A program made the position numbers and the translations under genes. Below are positions 24,980 through 38,456 of a stretch of 64,000 nt of DNA, in pieces. Position 1 is the first letter of the stretch. Every line of letters starts with the position of its first letter. The stretch is from Azolla caroliniana (taxonomy: Eukaryota; Plantae; Polypodiophyta), in contig JBHGNT010000022.1 in NCBI GenBank assembly GCA_043228905.1, positions 12,648,001 through 12,712,000 on the forward strand, in the 5' to 3' direction. Under the pieces are notes generated by a model, which had not been told where the DNA came from, did no database searches, and was given only the letters and a program-made list of their open reading frames with translations.

Positions 24980-25587
24980 TGTTGGGATTACGGTCCCTTC
25001 GGATGGGATGGTCGGATATCGGAGATGAATGCCGACAAGCCCGGTTTCGGTTTCGGATCCGGATGACGAAGACCCCGGCTTCGGTGCCGGATGACGAATG
25101 TACCCGGAGAGCAATCCGGATGCAGGGACATATCCGTGAATATGTTCGCTATGAGCCCCCTGAGGCTATAGTTGTAAATAGCCCAAAGTCATATAAGTAT
25201 AAATATGACTTAGGGCAAACAGTTTTTCTGTTGCTTCTTATTTTTCTGTTTTTCCACTCAAGAGGAGTGAAGAGGGAGCAGCCGTGAGAGAGAGAGAGAG
25301 AGATAGAGCGCGAGAGAGGAAGAGGTAGACGCCTCTGTGTATTTCCGCCGCCTGTGGCGAGGACAGCGAGCTCAAGGTCGTTGCCTTGCAGCTCGTCATT
25401 GTATATTTCTCTGTGCATAGTTTGGTTCGGAGTCTCGCACTCCCGTGGTTTTTCCCGTATAGGGTTTTCCACGTTAATCCCTGTGTATCGCGTCTTTCTC
25501 TGTATTTCCTATTTTCTGCTACATTGATCCGCGATTAATCGGTTGTGGCCGAGTGGTGAAGGTGAATCCAAGCGTTGATTCCCAACA
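24980..25587 (+). repeat. 3' LTR of the intact Copia
   Basis: Direct repeat of 20256-20863. Confidence 0.97.
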
Positions 25588-26477
25588 CTTAGCTATGAGT
25601 CGGTCATCATTCTCAATGAAACAACCTTCGTTGTTGAAGCGGACTTGCATGCCTTGCTCCACGATTTGGCCAACCGAGACCAAATTCTTCGTTATTGTGG
25701 GCATGTGCAAGACATTCTTGATGCAAGTTTGCTCGCCTTCTTTCCCGAATGGGACATTGTCGATGTGTCGAATGGGGTGCGTGGTGCATCTCCCATCTCT
25801 ATGAAGCCGAGTCGATCCGGCGTTCGTAAATCACGAAACCACTCTTCGTGAGATGTCATGTGATGTGAGGCACCAGAATCGACGAACCACACGCCTTCTG
25901 AGTTGGAGGTGATTGCGGAGTTGGAGGCCGTCATAGAGTTCGCTCTATGCCTCATTACGAACATTCTGCCATGGTCGCCGTACTCGGAATTCGTGGTGTA
26001 CTTTGTAAACATTTCACTACGATCGTCGTAGTAGGAATTCGATGCGTGATTCATGAAAATTTCGCTACGATTTTCATAGTAGGAGTTCGATGCGTAGTTT
26101 GTGAGTTGTCGACTTGTTGAAGCCAACTCACTTCTCTTTTTCCGACACTACGCCTCGTAGTGGCCGATTTTGCCGCAATAATTGCCAATTGCGGGCCTCG
26201 TTTGCCGACCATGTTCGGTGTGGAAGCTCCCCCTTCTTCCGAAGTTTCCTCGATGGCTTCCGTGAAGGTTTCAGTTCCCTTCGTGTGATGGGTCAAATTG
26301 ACCTCTTCTACCGCCATGACCTCCTCCTCGGCCATCGTCTGAATTCGAGAAGAACATTTGTCCTTCCGACGACTTGCTTTTGGTTCGGATATGGTTCTCT
26401 TCGACCAATAGCATTGATTGGAGGTCGAAGAATGAAGGAGGGTTTTCCCTCGCCAAGATTGTCATCCTCAACGAGTC

Positions 26478-29400
26478 GAATCGAACTCAACTTCCCATAG
26501 AAATAGGTTTCACACTAGCTCATGGACATACCATGCTAGTTTTGTAAATAGTAGAAAGGGCCATTGCCCTAGTTTAGTTGGTATTAAACTAACCTTTTGT
26601 AACTTCGTTCCTGTTGGATGTAATACATAGTTTTCTCATCTTAAGACTCTCCCTCTCTCTGTTTCTCATTAGTGCACACACACACACACACAGTCCTATC
26701 GTTACATACAATCACCCTCCTTTCTTTACATGGTATCAGAGCGTGTGGGTTTTTTATGAAGACTAATCCCCTGTGGTGTTCTACATACCGACGATCAACA
26801 GAACTGGTTCAAGAAACAAATAAGAAATCATCATGAATACTCAAATGGGAAGCGCTCTTCCTACGGAGAAGCTCGATAGGACAAACTTCGCATTTTGGGA
26901 GTACAAGATGCATCAGTACATTGTCGAACAAGGATATTGGAGCTCTATTGCAGGAGCTCATGAAACACAGCCCAGCCCAGCACACGTTGACTATCCCGTT
27001 TGGGAGCAAGCCACAAACTGTGTGTTGTATTGCCTTGCATCATGCGTACATGATCACATGCTCGGCTATATTTGAGAGAAGAAAATACCGAAAGAAGCAT
27101 GGAGAAATATCAAGAAGATCTTCGCGGCCAATACGGTTGCCCGCAAGCTCCAGCTTCGTCAGGAATGGCATTCAACAAAGGGACATGTCAATCGGCAGCT
27201 ACGCCTTGAAGATCAAGGAGTTGTGTGATGCCCTCGGGTCGATCAATGTTGGCACTGACGACGAAGAAATGGTGCAGATATGCCTCAGAGGCTTGGCACC
27301 TTGATTTAGCGCAATAAGGTATGTCGTCCTCGCAAGAGAGAATCCTCCCACCTTTTTCTATCTCCAGTCAATATTGTTGGTCAAGCAAAATCACGCCCGA
27401 CAAAGGAGCAACGCACCAGAGGGTCAGATGCTCTACCCCCAGTCAGATGATAGAAGAAATTTTGGTCGTGGGAATAGAGGTTGATTCAAACAAGGTCGTC
27501 ACGGTCAGCAAACCCAAGAGCATAACTCCCACCAATGGTAAGGGGACAAGAACAATCCCAGAGAGTTCGGCAGAAGGGGGAGTTATCAATCCAAACCAAG
27601 CAATCGTGATAACCCAATCAAATGCGGATACTACGGAAAACTCGGTCACTATGAAGAGGAGTGCCGAAAGAAGAAGTAAGAGTCGGCTTCAACCAACCAA
27701 AAGCTCACGAACTACGCATCGAATTCCGACTACGACAATCATAGCGGAATGTTCACGAATTACACATCGAATTCTGACTACGACGATCGTAGCGGAATGT
27801 TCATGATGAGGCACAAAGCGTACTCAATGGAGACTTAAGGTGAAACAAGAACCACACCCTCAGAGAATGTAAGGTTTGTTGACTCGGGAGCATCCAACCA
27901 CATGACCTCTCATGAAGATTGGTTTCGGGAATTACGAAAACCCGAACATCCCGGATGTGTCAAGACATGCGATGACATGACTCATCCAATACAACATATC
28001 AAGAACGTCCCATTCGGAACAACAGCAAACAAACCTACCTCAAGAACGTACTGCATGTTCCTACCATCACGAAAAACCTAGTGTCAGTCGGCCAGATTGT
28101 CGAACAAGGAATGCAAGTACGATTCAACAATGATGGGTGCTTTATCGAAAGAGGTGATCGAGTCGTAGCTCACAACCGTTGTGAAGGCCGTATGTTTGTC
28201 CTCGAATTGAAGGAGGTAAAATCGGCCATGTTTGCAAAGGGCCTCAAAGTTGAGACCGACCTAAACTTGTAGCACAAGAGAATTGGTCACATCAATCTCT
28301 AGAAGCTTCAGAACATGCAATCGAAAGGAGTCGTAATCGAACTCCCGAACTTTACCGCGAAGGAGATTACGGGCGTATGCGAAGCATGCCAATTCGGGAA
28401 GCAACACCGACATCCATTCTCGAAAGCGCGGAATGTGAGCAGAGGGATCCTGGATGTCATACATTCAGATGTGTGGGGACCAGCTCCGACAGCAACATTC
28501 GATGGTTGCCGATATTATGTCACGTTCATTGACGACTTCTCCAGGCATACCTGGCTCTACCCAATGACATAGAAGAGTGAAGTGTTCGGCCACTTCCAAA
28601 GGTTCAAAAACAAATTTGAAAAAGCCACGGGTCGGCACATACAATGCCTTCGATCGGATGGAGGCAAAGAATACTTCTCGGACAAGTTTATGGCATATCT
28701 CCCAAAGGAAGGAATACGACGAGAATTTTCGTGTCGCCATACACCTCAGCAAAATGGTGTAGCCGAATGGAAGAATCGGCACATCGTAGAGGTTGCACGG
28801 GAAATTATGAATGAGAAGAACCTACCGAACTCATACTGGGCGAAAGCGGCGAACACGGTCGTATACCTCATGAACAAGGGCACAACCTCGGGAGTACACG
28901 ATGCAAACCCCCATGAGAAGTTTCTTGGTAAGAAGCCGGACTTATCACATGTTCATATTTTCGGGTCAATCGCTTATGTGCATATTCCTGATGATACGTG
29001 ACAAAAGCTCGACCCAAAGTCGGAGAAATGTATCCTCGTGGGGTACTCGCTCGAACAGAAGGAGTACAAATGCTATAATCCATCTACCCGAAAAGTTCAA
29101 ACAAGTCGAGATGTCGTTTTCGACGAGTCCGCATCCTGGTACGCACCAGAGACAACTTCGACTCCGACTCTGCTCGACCCGGAATATGCCGAAATAGAGG
29201 CAGAAGCTGAAGATCGACTTACACGCATGTTCGACAAAAGTCTAGTCACGACCCGAATAAGTGGGCCACAAGAACCTCCAAGTGATCAAAGCACATCTCG
29301 GCCAAGTTCGAAACTGGACAAAGGGAAGGCAAAAATGCCGAAGTATGAAGACGATCACTTCAACGGCAACGAATCGACTCACTCCCTCAATAGTGAGTTG

Positions 29401-31481
29401 GAGGGCCTTGACATGCGGAAAAATGGAGTGAAGAAAGCCTTAGTATCCGCAAACGAGAAGCTCCATCGATCCACCCGTGAAAAGAACCCTGTAAGCCGAT
29501 TCAGCTACGACGACTACATGGCGTATCATTACGCCTTTATGATGAAGGTAGCGTCAGTACGGGAGCCGGAAACCCTTTCCGAAGCCGTAAAGGATCCACA
29601 ATGGTCGACGCGATGAATGAAGAAATGCAAGACCTATGCAAAAATGAGACATGGGATCTCATTCCTCACATTCCGCACAAGAAAGCGATTGGCTGCCGAT
29701 GGATTTACAAAGTGAAACACAATGCCAACGGCTCCATAAATCGCTTCAAAGCATGGCTCGTTGTGAAAGGATACGCATAAACGCACAGAGTTGACTACAA
29801 AGAGACCTTTGCCACAGTGGCAAAGATGACAATTGTGCGAACTGTGGTTGCAATCGCAACAGCAAAAGGGTGGCACCTCCATCAGATGGACGTGAAGAAC
29901 GCCTTCCTCCAAGGGGAACAAGAGGAGGAAGTGTACATGATCCAACCACCCGGCTTTGAATCATGCAATCATCCGAACGTCGTGTGGCGACTCAAGAAGC
30001 CACTCTACGGCCTCAAACAAGCACTGCATGTGTGGCATTCGAAGATCACGTAGTATCTTCACCAAATCGGATTTCGAATGTCAAAATCTGATAATTCTCT
30101 TTACATCCGAAATGAGTCAAATAGCTCGATCGTCATCATCCTATACGTGGATGATTTGATCATCGGAGGAAAGAAGCTCGCCAAGATTAACAAGGTCAAA
30201 TCACTTCCTTCCGGCAAATTCGAAATGAAAGAGTTGCACGAGCTCCATTACTTCTTAGGCATCAAAGTAATTCGGACACCAATCAGGATAATGATCTCAC
30301 AACGACACTACGTCCTCAACTTACTCTAGAAGTTCGGCATGACGGAGTGCAAACCTGTGCCCACCCCGCTTGACCGTAATCTCAAGCTTGATGTCGATTC
30401 CGGAACAGCCAAGTGCGAGCCAACTCAGTATCACCAATTGATCGACAGCCTCATCTACCTAACCATTATGCGACCCGACCTCAACTATTCAGTCGGCCTA
30501 CTTAGCCAATTCATGTAGAATCCGCGAAACCTTCACCTTGATTGCACTAAGAGGGTACTTCGGTACGCCAATGGTACGATTGATTACTACATCAAATACA
30601 GGTCAAATACAATAATTCGACTCAAAGGGTACATAGACGCGAAATGGGCAGGTTACAAAACGGATAGAGATGCAACATTAGGATTCGTCTTCTCCCTCGG
30701 CAACGGAGAAATCTCATGGAGTAGCAAGAAGCAACCGACAATCGCACTGTTGAGCACGGAGACCGAATACAGGGGCGCGGCAGTCGTCGCGTGCGAAGCC
30801 GTATGGCTCAGGCGTATACTGAAGGATCTGGGCATACCCATCAAGGATCCAATTCGTCTATACTGCGACAACATGAGTAGTATCTACCTGGTGTGGAACC
30901 CCGTATTCCACGCGCGGACTAAGCATGTCGAGGTGCACTACCACTTCGTCCACGAACACGTGCAGGCCGGAGATATAGACTTACACCACATCAGCACGAA
31001 TCTACAGGTAGCCGACATTTTCACGAAAGCCTTGGGTATCAACAAGTTGCGACAGTTCGCGTCGAACCTTGGCCTATCTATTCCCGACCAGCCGAGCTTG
31101 AGGGGGAGTACAAAACAATGAACCGATCGATTCATCGAAGCCGAACGAGTACCCAACCGAAAAGCCGAACAATCGAAGTTCGATCCGAAACAATTTTTCG
31201 ATATCCGGAAGTTGTGTTCGAAGGGGTGTGTTGAGAATCGAACTCAACTTCCCATAGAAATAGGTTTCACACTAGCTCATGGACATACCAGGCTAGTTTC
31301 GTAAATAGTAGAAAGGGCCATTGCCCTAGTTTAGTTGGTATTAAACCAACCTTTTGTAACTTTGTTATTGTTGGATGTAATACATAGTTTTCTCATCTTA
31401 AGACTCTCCCTCTCTCTGTTTCTCATAAGTGCACACACACACAGTCCTACCGCTGCATACAACCACCCTCCTTTCTTTACA
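26478..31481 (+). mobile_element. Near-complete, decayed Ty1/Copia element B, related to element A
   Basis: 5' LTR 26478-26730 (first 6 nt missing), PBS TGGTATCAGAGC at 26731, 3' LTR 31229-31481 (TGTTGAG..TTTACA). gag-pol remnants span 26833-31121. Confidence 0.92.
26833..31121 (+). pseudogene. Copia gag-pol of element B, with many stops and frameshifts
   Basis: EKLDRTNFAFWEYKM, CEACQFGKQ..IHSDVWGP, LRSDGGKEY..QQNGVAE, QMDVKNAFLQG, LYVDDLII, YCDNMSSI..FHARTKHVEVHYH. Confidence 0.92.
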
Positions 31482-32463
31482 GGTTCGGACAATGTGATGA
31501 TGCAGGAAAAATTATCAATGCCAAAGGTCAATAAAGAACAGGAAGATCATCCAGTTGGGATCAATAGATGAAGGTGCAAGTTAGTCCCCAATTAGAATCG
31601 TGGCATGAGACGGTAAGAAATGGAAGGTGAATCCACTAGTTGATGAGGTTGAGGAGCATTGGATCTTGTACATGGTTGAAGGCAAGCCACTCGAGTGTTT
31701 AGGATGGGATCCTATAGAATATAAGTGGAGGGGAGAACAAGATAAATCAATAGGTTTCTTCAAGTACTCGACGCGCTTGGGGAGAAGGTTATGCTTGCAT
31801 CGTGAGAAGTGAGCCAACAAATGGGCCCGTGTAGCTATCAATTTGGTCTTTGTGGATAGAACCCAGAGTGGTGTACAACCTTTAGCACAAGGAGGTTCAT
31901 TCTACATACATGAACGGTACATGGACATTTGGTTATCAGTGGTCGGCCTTACAGTTTGGCAAGTGTGGGTGTATCTAGGTGCAAGGAGTCTTTCACAGGT
32001 AAGCGAACCCCATCGATTGAGAGTTTAATGATGGTTTGGTTTAATCTTATTTCTACATTACAAGGACAGTTTGAAAGCCTTCAGGGGCCCTCGGTCGTTT
32101 CCTTCTGAAATGGAGAGGTTCTCCGATGCTACAGATGGTGGATGGCAATGTGAAGCGGATTTATCAGCCACCATGGTGGTTGTTCCCTCCGAGGGTACCA
32201 AACATATAGGTGGGTGTTCCCACGTGAAGAGAATGGAGGATGTCTACGCTGAATTAGGGTTGTATGAGGCTCAAGTTGAGGGTATACGGTCCAGTAATTC
32301 TGTGCTCATCGGATGATGCGATGATTATGAGTTTTTTGTTGATTCCTTTATACATGTTGATTTCTTTGTAGCCATGAAGGTTGGCCTGTAAGATACGAGT
32401 TATATATTATCCTGTGTACATCGACTTAACTAATGGACGTAGTAATTTTGTTGGGAAAAAAAA
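31482..32463 (+). mobile_element. L1-type LINE 3' remnant, probable continuation of 17290-18760
   Basis: KWKVNP..HWILY..LGWDPIEYKWR..FFKYSTRLGR aligns to IWKTD..HWKLW..LEWDPGDFRWK..FFDYSTKLGR in the LINE at 57133-58737. Ends in taactaatgg plus an A tract. Confidence 0.8.
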
Positions 32464-33887
32464 GACGCAAATACGTGGAAAAATGAATACAAAGGTATTC
32501 TTGGTTTGGCTTCTCTACCTATTTTATGTAGTTATTGATTATTAAATCGTAGTCTTGTCCTTAGCTGAAATCTTTAACTTCCTCTCTCATTCTTCTTAGC
32601 ATTGTTTTCATCCTTACACCTCTAGAAATTCCATACCAATCTAATTTTTGAATGTTCTCCTCTGGTAAATAATGACATGTCAATTTGGTCAAAGAGGAAA
32701 ATCTTCGATGAGCCTAATCTTAGACATTATTAATGGTTTTATTGGCACAAACGCAGTATCGTGAATATAGGGTGGTGTGAAAGGGAATTGTGAGGTAAGT
32801 GCAACAAATTCCCATATGTTTTTGTTGCTTCCAACCCTCTCTAGAATATTTATTAATTGGTCAATCATCTCTCTACCCTCGTTTATGTTGGTGCAATGGT
32901 TTACACCATATCATAGATTTCATAAAATTGAGAGAAATCAACTACACTCCTTAATGTGGGCTTGAAGCATCATCCCATACAACCCAATTGGTTTTCTCTC
33001 CACGTTAAAAATATATCTATGTATGTCATCCCCTCCATCTCTCTTTAGGGGATTGACCAGTCAAATACAAGGGCTAAAAGTTAGGGCATTTGCAAAAAAG
33101 AAACTTTGGAGACCTCTATTTTAGTAAAGTCATTATATGTTGCATTCAACCCCTTCATATATGTTTCAGGTGTTGACTATTGGCTTTTGAGAAAGGGTGA
33201 AAAGTTTAGGGCATTCCCAAAAAGAAACTTTTGGGGTATTTGAAAGTTTTTGGGAATGATTTGGAGCCTACCAAAGTGCGTGCAAATTAGAATGTATCCA
33301 AGCAGGCTATAAAAGGGACATTTTAGAGACAAGAATCAATTGAAAAACATCAAAAACTCATTATGCAAATGATACTCATCCAACACTTTGTGCGAGCGAA
33401 ATAAAACCAAATAGTGGAACATGGATGGGTAAAAAGAACATACTTGACCTTGCATGGTATTTTGAAGATTATTCTCAACACATACTCCAAGTTTTCTTGA
33501 TGATGTGATGAAACATGAGTAGGTAAATCTCAAGTTCTCATAATTATTATGGATTTCTCGTTTCTTTTGGAAACCCAAATAAAATTACCTAACCCCATAT
33601 GAATGTTGTCGATGAACCTTTCGATGACTCTACAATTATGATATATAGCATTGCAAAATATCTCATGAGCACACACAATACTCCTTCAACACATAAGAGA
33701 ATGAGTCTAATTCTTTTACAAAAGAAATCCCCACATTCACAATACAAAAATAAGAAATCAACCATGACGAGTATTATACAAAATGATAAGTTTTCCATAT
33801 TTTTCTAGAAAGTATTGAATCATCTTTTGTATTGATAAAGAGATTCCACACATCCCCCCCATCCCCTTCTTGAAATTATCTTTAGTG

Positions 33888-34859
33888 TTACTTGTTTATA
33901 CATTGGACTCCATTACATACTCCTAGCCAAATTACTAAAAAAATAACACAAACCACGACATCGAGGGCGATGATGAGCTTCACATTACGCCACCACATCT
34001 CTGTAGATGGTAGGGACCATCCAAACTTCGCCAAAGATCGAACCCTAGTGCCAGTATTGCGAGTGTCATCACCGTGTTGAGGCATATTCTCCATATGAAC
34101 CCAATCTGAACTATGGGCAGAGGGTTGAACCACAACACCATCACTATTATGATCATTATATCTAGGGTAATATGAGTTACCCACAACAATATGCTGATCA
34201 TTGACAATGTGTGGAGTTTGTATATGTAGAGCTTGATGTCTTGTATGGGGTGGTTGTTTTTCTTCTTCTTCTCCGGTCACCAAAGATCGAACCCTAGTGC
34301 CAGTACTGCGAGTGTTGTCTCCATGTCGGGACATATTCTCCATATGAACCGAATCTGAACTATGGGCAGAGGGTTGAACCACAACACCATCACTATTATG
34401 ATCATTATATCTAGGGTAATATGAATTATCCACAACAATATGATGAACATTTACAATGTGTGGACTTTGTATATCTGGAGCTTGATGTCTTGTATGGAGT
34501 TGTTGTTTTTCTTCTTCTTCGTCTCGGATCCGATTCAATTCAGATTGAGGCACGCCAACGAGAGGATTCGCAAGGCCCCGTAAGAACGGGTTCATGTGCT
34601 TGCGGATGGAGCTTGCTTTCACACTTGCAGGGTCTTTTTGTGTCAATGAAAGAGTGAGTTGGAGCTCATCCCTCACAAGTTCTAAGAATTCATATGCAAG
34701 GCCTTTACTTAGGGCTTCATCCATGATTGCATAGTAAATGAAGAGGCCCTCTATGATGCATATGAACCTCCTATCACATGCTGTATGACTAAATCTACTA
34801 TGAAAACTCGGTACATGATCCAAGATTTTGGAGGCCATGACACCAAAATCAATGATGTT

Positions 34860-34905
<46 letters not shown>

Positions 34906-35000
34906 GAATATTCAGCCTTATAGTCTGATAAGATAATTTTGTCTCTTGCAATACCGGCACAATATACAAGGTTAATTTGAGTTGGTGATGGAAAGTCCAT
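33888..35000 (-). CDS. Phytolongin (longin domain plus C-terminal TM, no SNARE motif), 370 aa, intronless
   Basis: Longin N-terminus LVYCAGIARDKIILSDY..KILDHVPSFHSRFSHT..FIYYAIMDEAL..AYEFLELVRDE. C-terminus MWWRNVKLIIALDVVVCVIFLVIWLGVCNGVQC is typical of phytolongins. Likely ATG at 35000. Confidence 0.88.
34031..34520 (-). repeat. 249-bp (83-aa) in-frame tandem duplication in the phytolongin
   Basis: ccaaagatcgaaccctagtgccag at 34031 and 34280. EEEEKQ...TRVRSL occurs twice. Confidence 0.92.
34860..34904 (-). repeat. (CAT)15 coding microsatellite (poly-His)
   Basis: 15 in-frame CAT codons. Confidence 0.95.
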
Positions 35001-36799
35001 TAAAGCTTGGATATGAACCAGTGAAGCAGAAACAGGCACAGGGGAGAAAAACAGAGTACCTTTGAAAGAAGAAGAAGAAGAAATCAACAATGTTGAGATG
35101 TCATAACTAATGAAAGGATTTTTCTTATTTTGGAAAAAAAAAATGTTGAGATGAATTAGAGATTTAGTAAAGAGAGAGAGAGAGAGAGAGAGCGAGTGAG
35201 ATCGTGGGTATTTGTTTATTAAAAATAGAAATAATATCAAAGTCAAGGTCAAATGGGCAAGTGGGGACACATTATATAGGATATGAGAAAGACCGAAACT
35301 TTTTCATGGATTTATCGCACTCAATGGATTCATAAACTTTGGTGAATGACAATGCAATGGAAAACCAAACATTTTCATGTAAGATAGGCATGGAATGGAT
35401 TAGTCCGGATTCAACCCTGCAATTGAGAGTATAGGTTGTGAGTATAAGAAAGAAATGTTTGTAGAGATAGGTCTAGGTTGACAATGTGTGGAAAGCGGCC
35501 TCAAATATGGTCAAAGTTGGAGCATCTCCGCATTAGAGCATGATGTTTCCCCGTATTTGCCTCAATACCTCATCATACATGTAAGGTAATGAAAGTTATG
35601 TCATATGGATGCAATGGCGTTGACTGTGAACAAAGGGATGGGTTGTGGCATTTTATGGGTTAGTGCAATTTGTTTGTTTAGAGAATAAGATTATTTTAAA
35701 GTTTTTATGCAACATACATAACATAATGTGAGATGCATGACATGAGCCTTTACATCATTTCCAAACCCTGAAACATTGATGTTATTATTTTACCCAATGC
35801 ATGGTTTATCTTTATGTTGAGTCATAACGAGTATAAACTTCATTTTAAAGGTATTGACACTCTACTTACAATGTATACAAAAGTTTACCAATACACATAA
35901 GCTTTTGGGCATCTTCTAATGTATTTGCAAAACACTTCTATTTATCACATGATGGATGCACCAAAGTTGCACACTTGGAAGAAATCGGAATAAGAGGTGT
36001 AGCAAGACGATATATGGAAGTGGATTCATGGGAATGATCCTAGTAGTATGTTTCAATTGGTTGTGTCTAGGTCAACATGGCATCATCTTAACCAAACGTA
36101 CATAATGTATCATAATGATTTTCAACCAAAGATATCGGATATCACAACTTGTGGTTAAGTTAATTCGATCATTTGCCATCACTATTTGAATTTATTCCAC
36201 AATCAATGAATTTATTTTCTCAAATATTACACAAGCTTGCAATAAGATTTAATTCATCTTTCGCTCAACAAGTCTTTAATAGATATATGACACAACTATT
36301 GGTCATGTTTGAAGCACATGCCCAAATTTTACGGTGTGGTGTTTGTCAAATATGCAAGGTTCTTGTGTTTTTGAAATTCAACATGTCTTCCTGAAGAGAT
36401 AAAATATGAATAATGATCAATGTAATGCTTTGGTGACATATTGCCTTACAAATGAGGATATACATATTACAAGCTCAAAATATTTTATTTTATTCATTGC
36501 AAGAGCTTAAAATTCCAAATTATCAACAAGCATATGTGCATAGATTGAAACATTGAGCTCAAAGATAATAATTGTCACACTCAATACTTATGCATTACAT
36601 CAATATCAAGCTAGATGTAAAGTCATGACAATAGATGGAGATGGAGATGTATATGAATCCACAAGTCATTGTCAAAAAGTGCGAACAATATTTTCCTTGG
36701 CTTTTTTCATTAGAATCATGTGGTTTAAATTATGGTCAACACGCTCATAGTGTTTTTTTAGCATAAAGTAAGAAGCGATGTATCTCATAATATTGTAGA

Positions 36800-37400
36800 A
36801 AAGATTGACAATGATTTTACGAAAGACATGGTGGCAATGACATCTCAGTCATCTAATAATAAAAGTCTTAACCAAGATGGATTAATAGAAAGCATCAAAA
36901 TGCTTTTTCAACAAATTTGTAGTTCAAGTAATACATATATGCCTTAAGATTGAATCAATAATAATTTTGCCCAAGATTCATTTTCCTACATCCTACAGCC
37001 CATGGCAGCCTCTCCCTTCAATTTGGAGAATTTACAAGGTTTTTCCTAGGATCATTGCCAATAGGTTGCAAAAACACTTGTCGATGCTTGTGCACAAGGC
37101 TCAATAACATTGTGTGATATTTTGCATAATATTCTAACTTTACGAATGGCCATGGAATTAGTAAAGGAGATTACCCTAGAGTTAGTGATGATACAATTGC
37201 ATTTGAAAAAAGCACATAATAATTGTAAATTAGTCCTTTGTAACAAATCTAATATGTATAATGGGATTTGTGTTAAAGGATGTCTTAATTTTACTTTGCG
37301 AAAACCATGGCCATTGTCAAAATACACAAGTATTGATGCATCACTAACAATCTATGGTCAAAAATCAGAGATTGTCTCATCTTTAAACAAGAGTAGCTTC
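36800..37400 (+). pseudogene. Decayed LINE RT fragment
   Basis: IYKVFPRIIANRLQKHL and DILHNILTLRMAMELVKE..LVMIQLHLKKAHNN (compare LDLEKAYD). Confidence 0.7.
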
Positions 37401-38456
37401 AAAGCTTTGATACTCTGAACTTATCTTGTACAATATCTTTCACATCTACATCATGAAATTACCTGCTATACAACAATGAAATATTTAACACATTCATCGA
37501 GTACATTTCTTCGTAAGCTTATTCCCAGTGCCCCGCCTAGGTAAAGATCATGAGAACATATGTTATGTAAATGAAGTTGGAACACATGAAGTAACACATG
37601 CATACAAAATGTGACATCTAGGGTTTCCTTGGAACCGAACTTTATTACATCTACAATAATAAAAACTTCTCTTTACAGTTAAACAACTACAGTATACAAT
37701 GCAAGTGCAGGTAGACATTTTTAAAAATAAGAAAACAGAGACTTTTCATCTGCATTTTGAGACAAGTTGCAGTGCTTTGAGGCATTCTAATACAGGCACA
37801 AATAGCATCCACTTTGTGAATCTTTTATTGCATCAAATCAATAACAAGACACAATTCAGTTTGAAACATAATTTCGGATTGTGAAAAGCAAGGGCCTTCG
37901 CTATATATATTACACCAAGACAGTCATCTCAATCTATGATTTTATCCTTCCAACATTTACCCTCCCACCAGTCTTTACAAATTTATGTATTCTCTTGCAA
38001 ATCGTCAAGTATCAGATGTTTTTGATTGCCCCCTAATTTCACTCAAACACAATCAATGGTAAGATCAGCATTATATGTGCTAGTCTAGCACAGTATAAAC
38101 ATTCTCATATACTTGAGCTTATCACGCTTCCTTGATTTTCACAAGCATTACAACCGCCTTTATAAAACGAATATTGCATTTTTTAAGCCATCTCAACTAG
38201 CATAATTGAAAGTCAGAAAGGCTTCTCAAAATGATTCATTAGCTAAAGCATTAAATGCACATACCTGGGGGTATCAAATGCAAGAACCACCCATCACTGT
38301 GCAGAATTTTTCCACCTACTTGGAAATAAGCTGGCGTTATAATAAACGCTATCTTAGCTCCCATTCCTTTTCTCTTTCTCTTTTTCTTTCTCCTTCAAGT
38401 TGTCGTGCCAGATTATTCGATTTCTGCATTTAAAGCCTACTTCTCCGGCACTCCAA

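Larger units (their letters stand above)
20256..25587 (+). mobile_element. Intact Ty1/Copia LTR retrotransposon (Tnt1/Tork-like), very recent
   Basis: 608-bp LTRs at 20256-20863 and 24980-25587 with one visible mismatch (ctacgag/ctatgag). TGTTGGGA..TCCCAACA termini. TSD CTTAG at 20251-20255 and 25588-25592. PBS TGGTATCAGAGC at 20867. PPT gaagggggag. Confidence 0.98.
18761..26483 (-). mobile_element. Internally deleted Ty1/Copia element A (3' LTR plus partial gag/PR/INT), host of the nested intact Copia
   Basis: 3' LTR 18761-19245 (TG..CA) with PPT gagcttgaggaggcg. Minus-strand peptides ARENPPSFFDLQSMLL, WFVDSGASHHMT, LWHKRIGH, YVTFIDEYSR. RT/RH, most of the INT core and the 5' LTR are absent. 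Confidence 0.85.

Noticed and set aside
35001-35270. 90-aa N-terminal extension of the phytolongin ORF
   Set aside because: Low-complexity CT/T-rich leader typical of a 5' UTR. Longin similarity starts just after the ATG at 35000.
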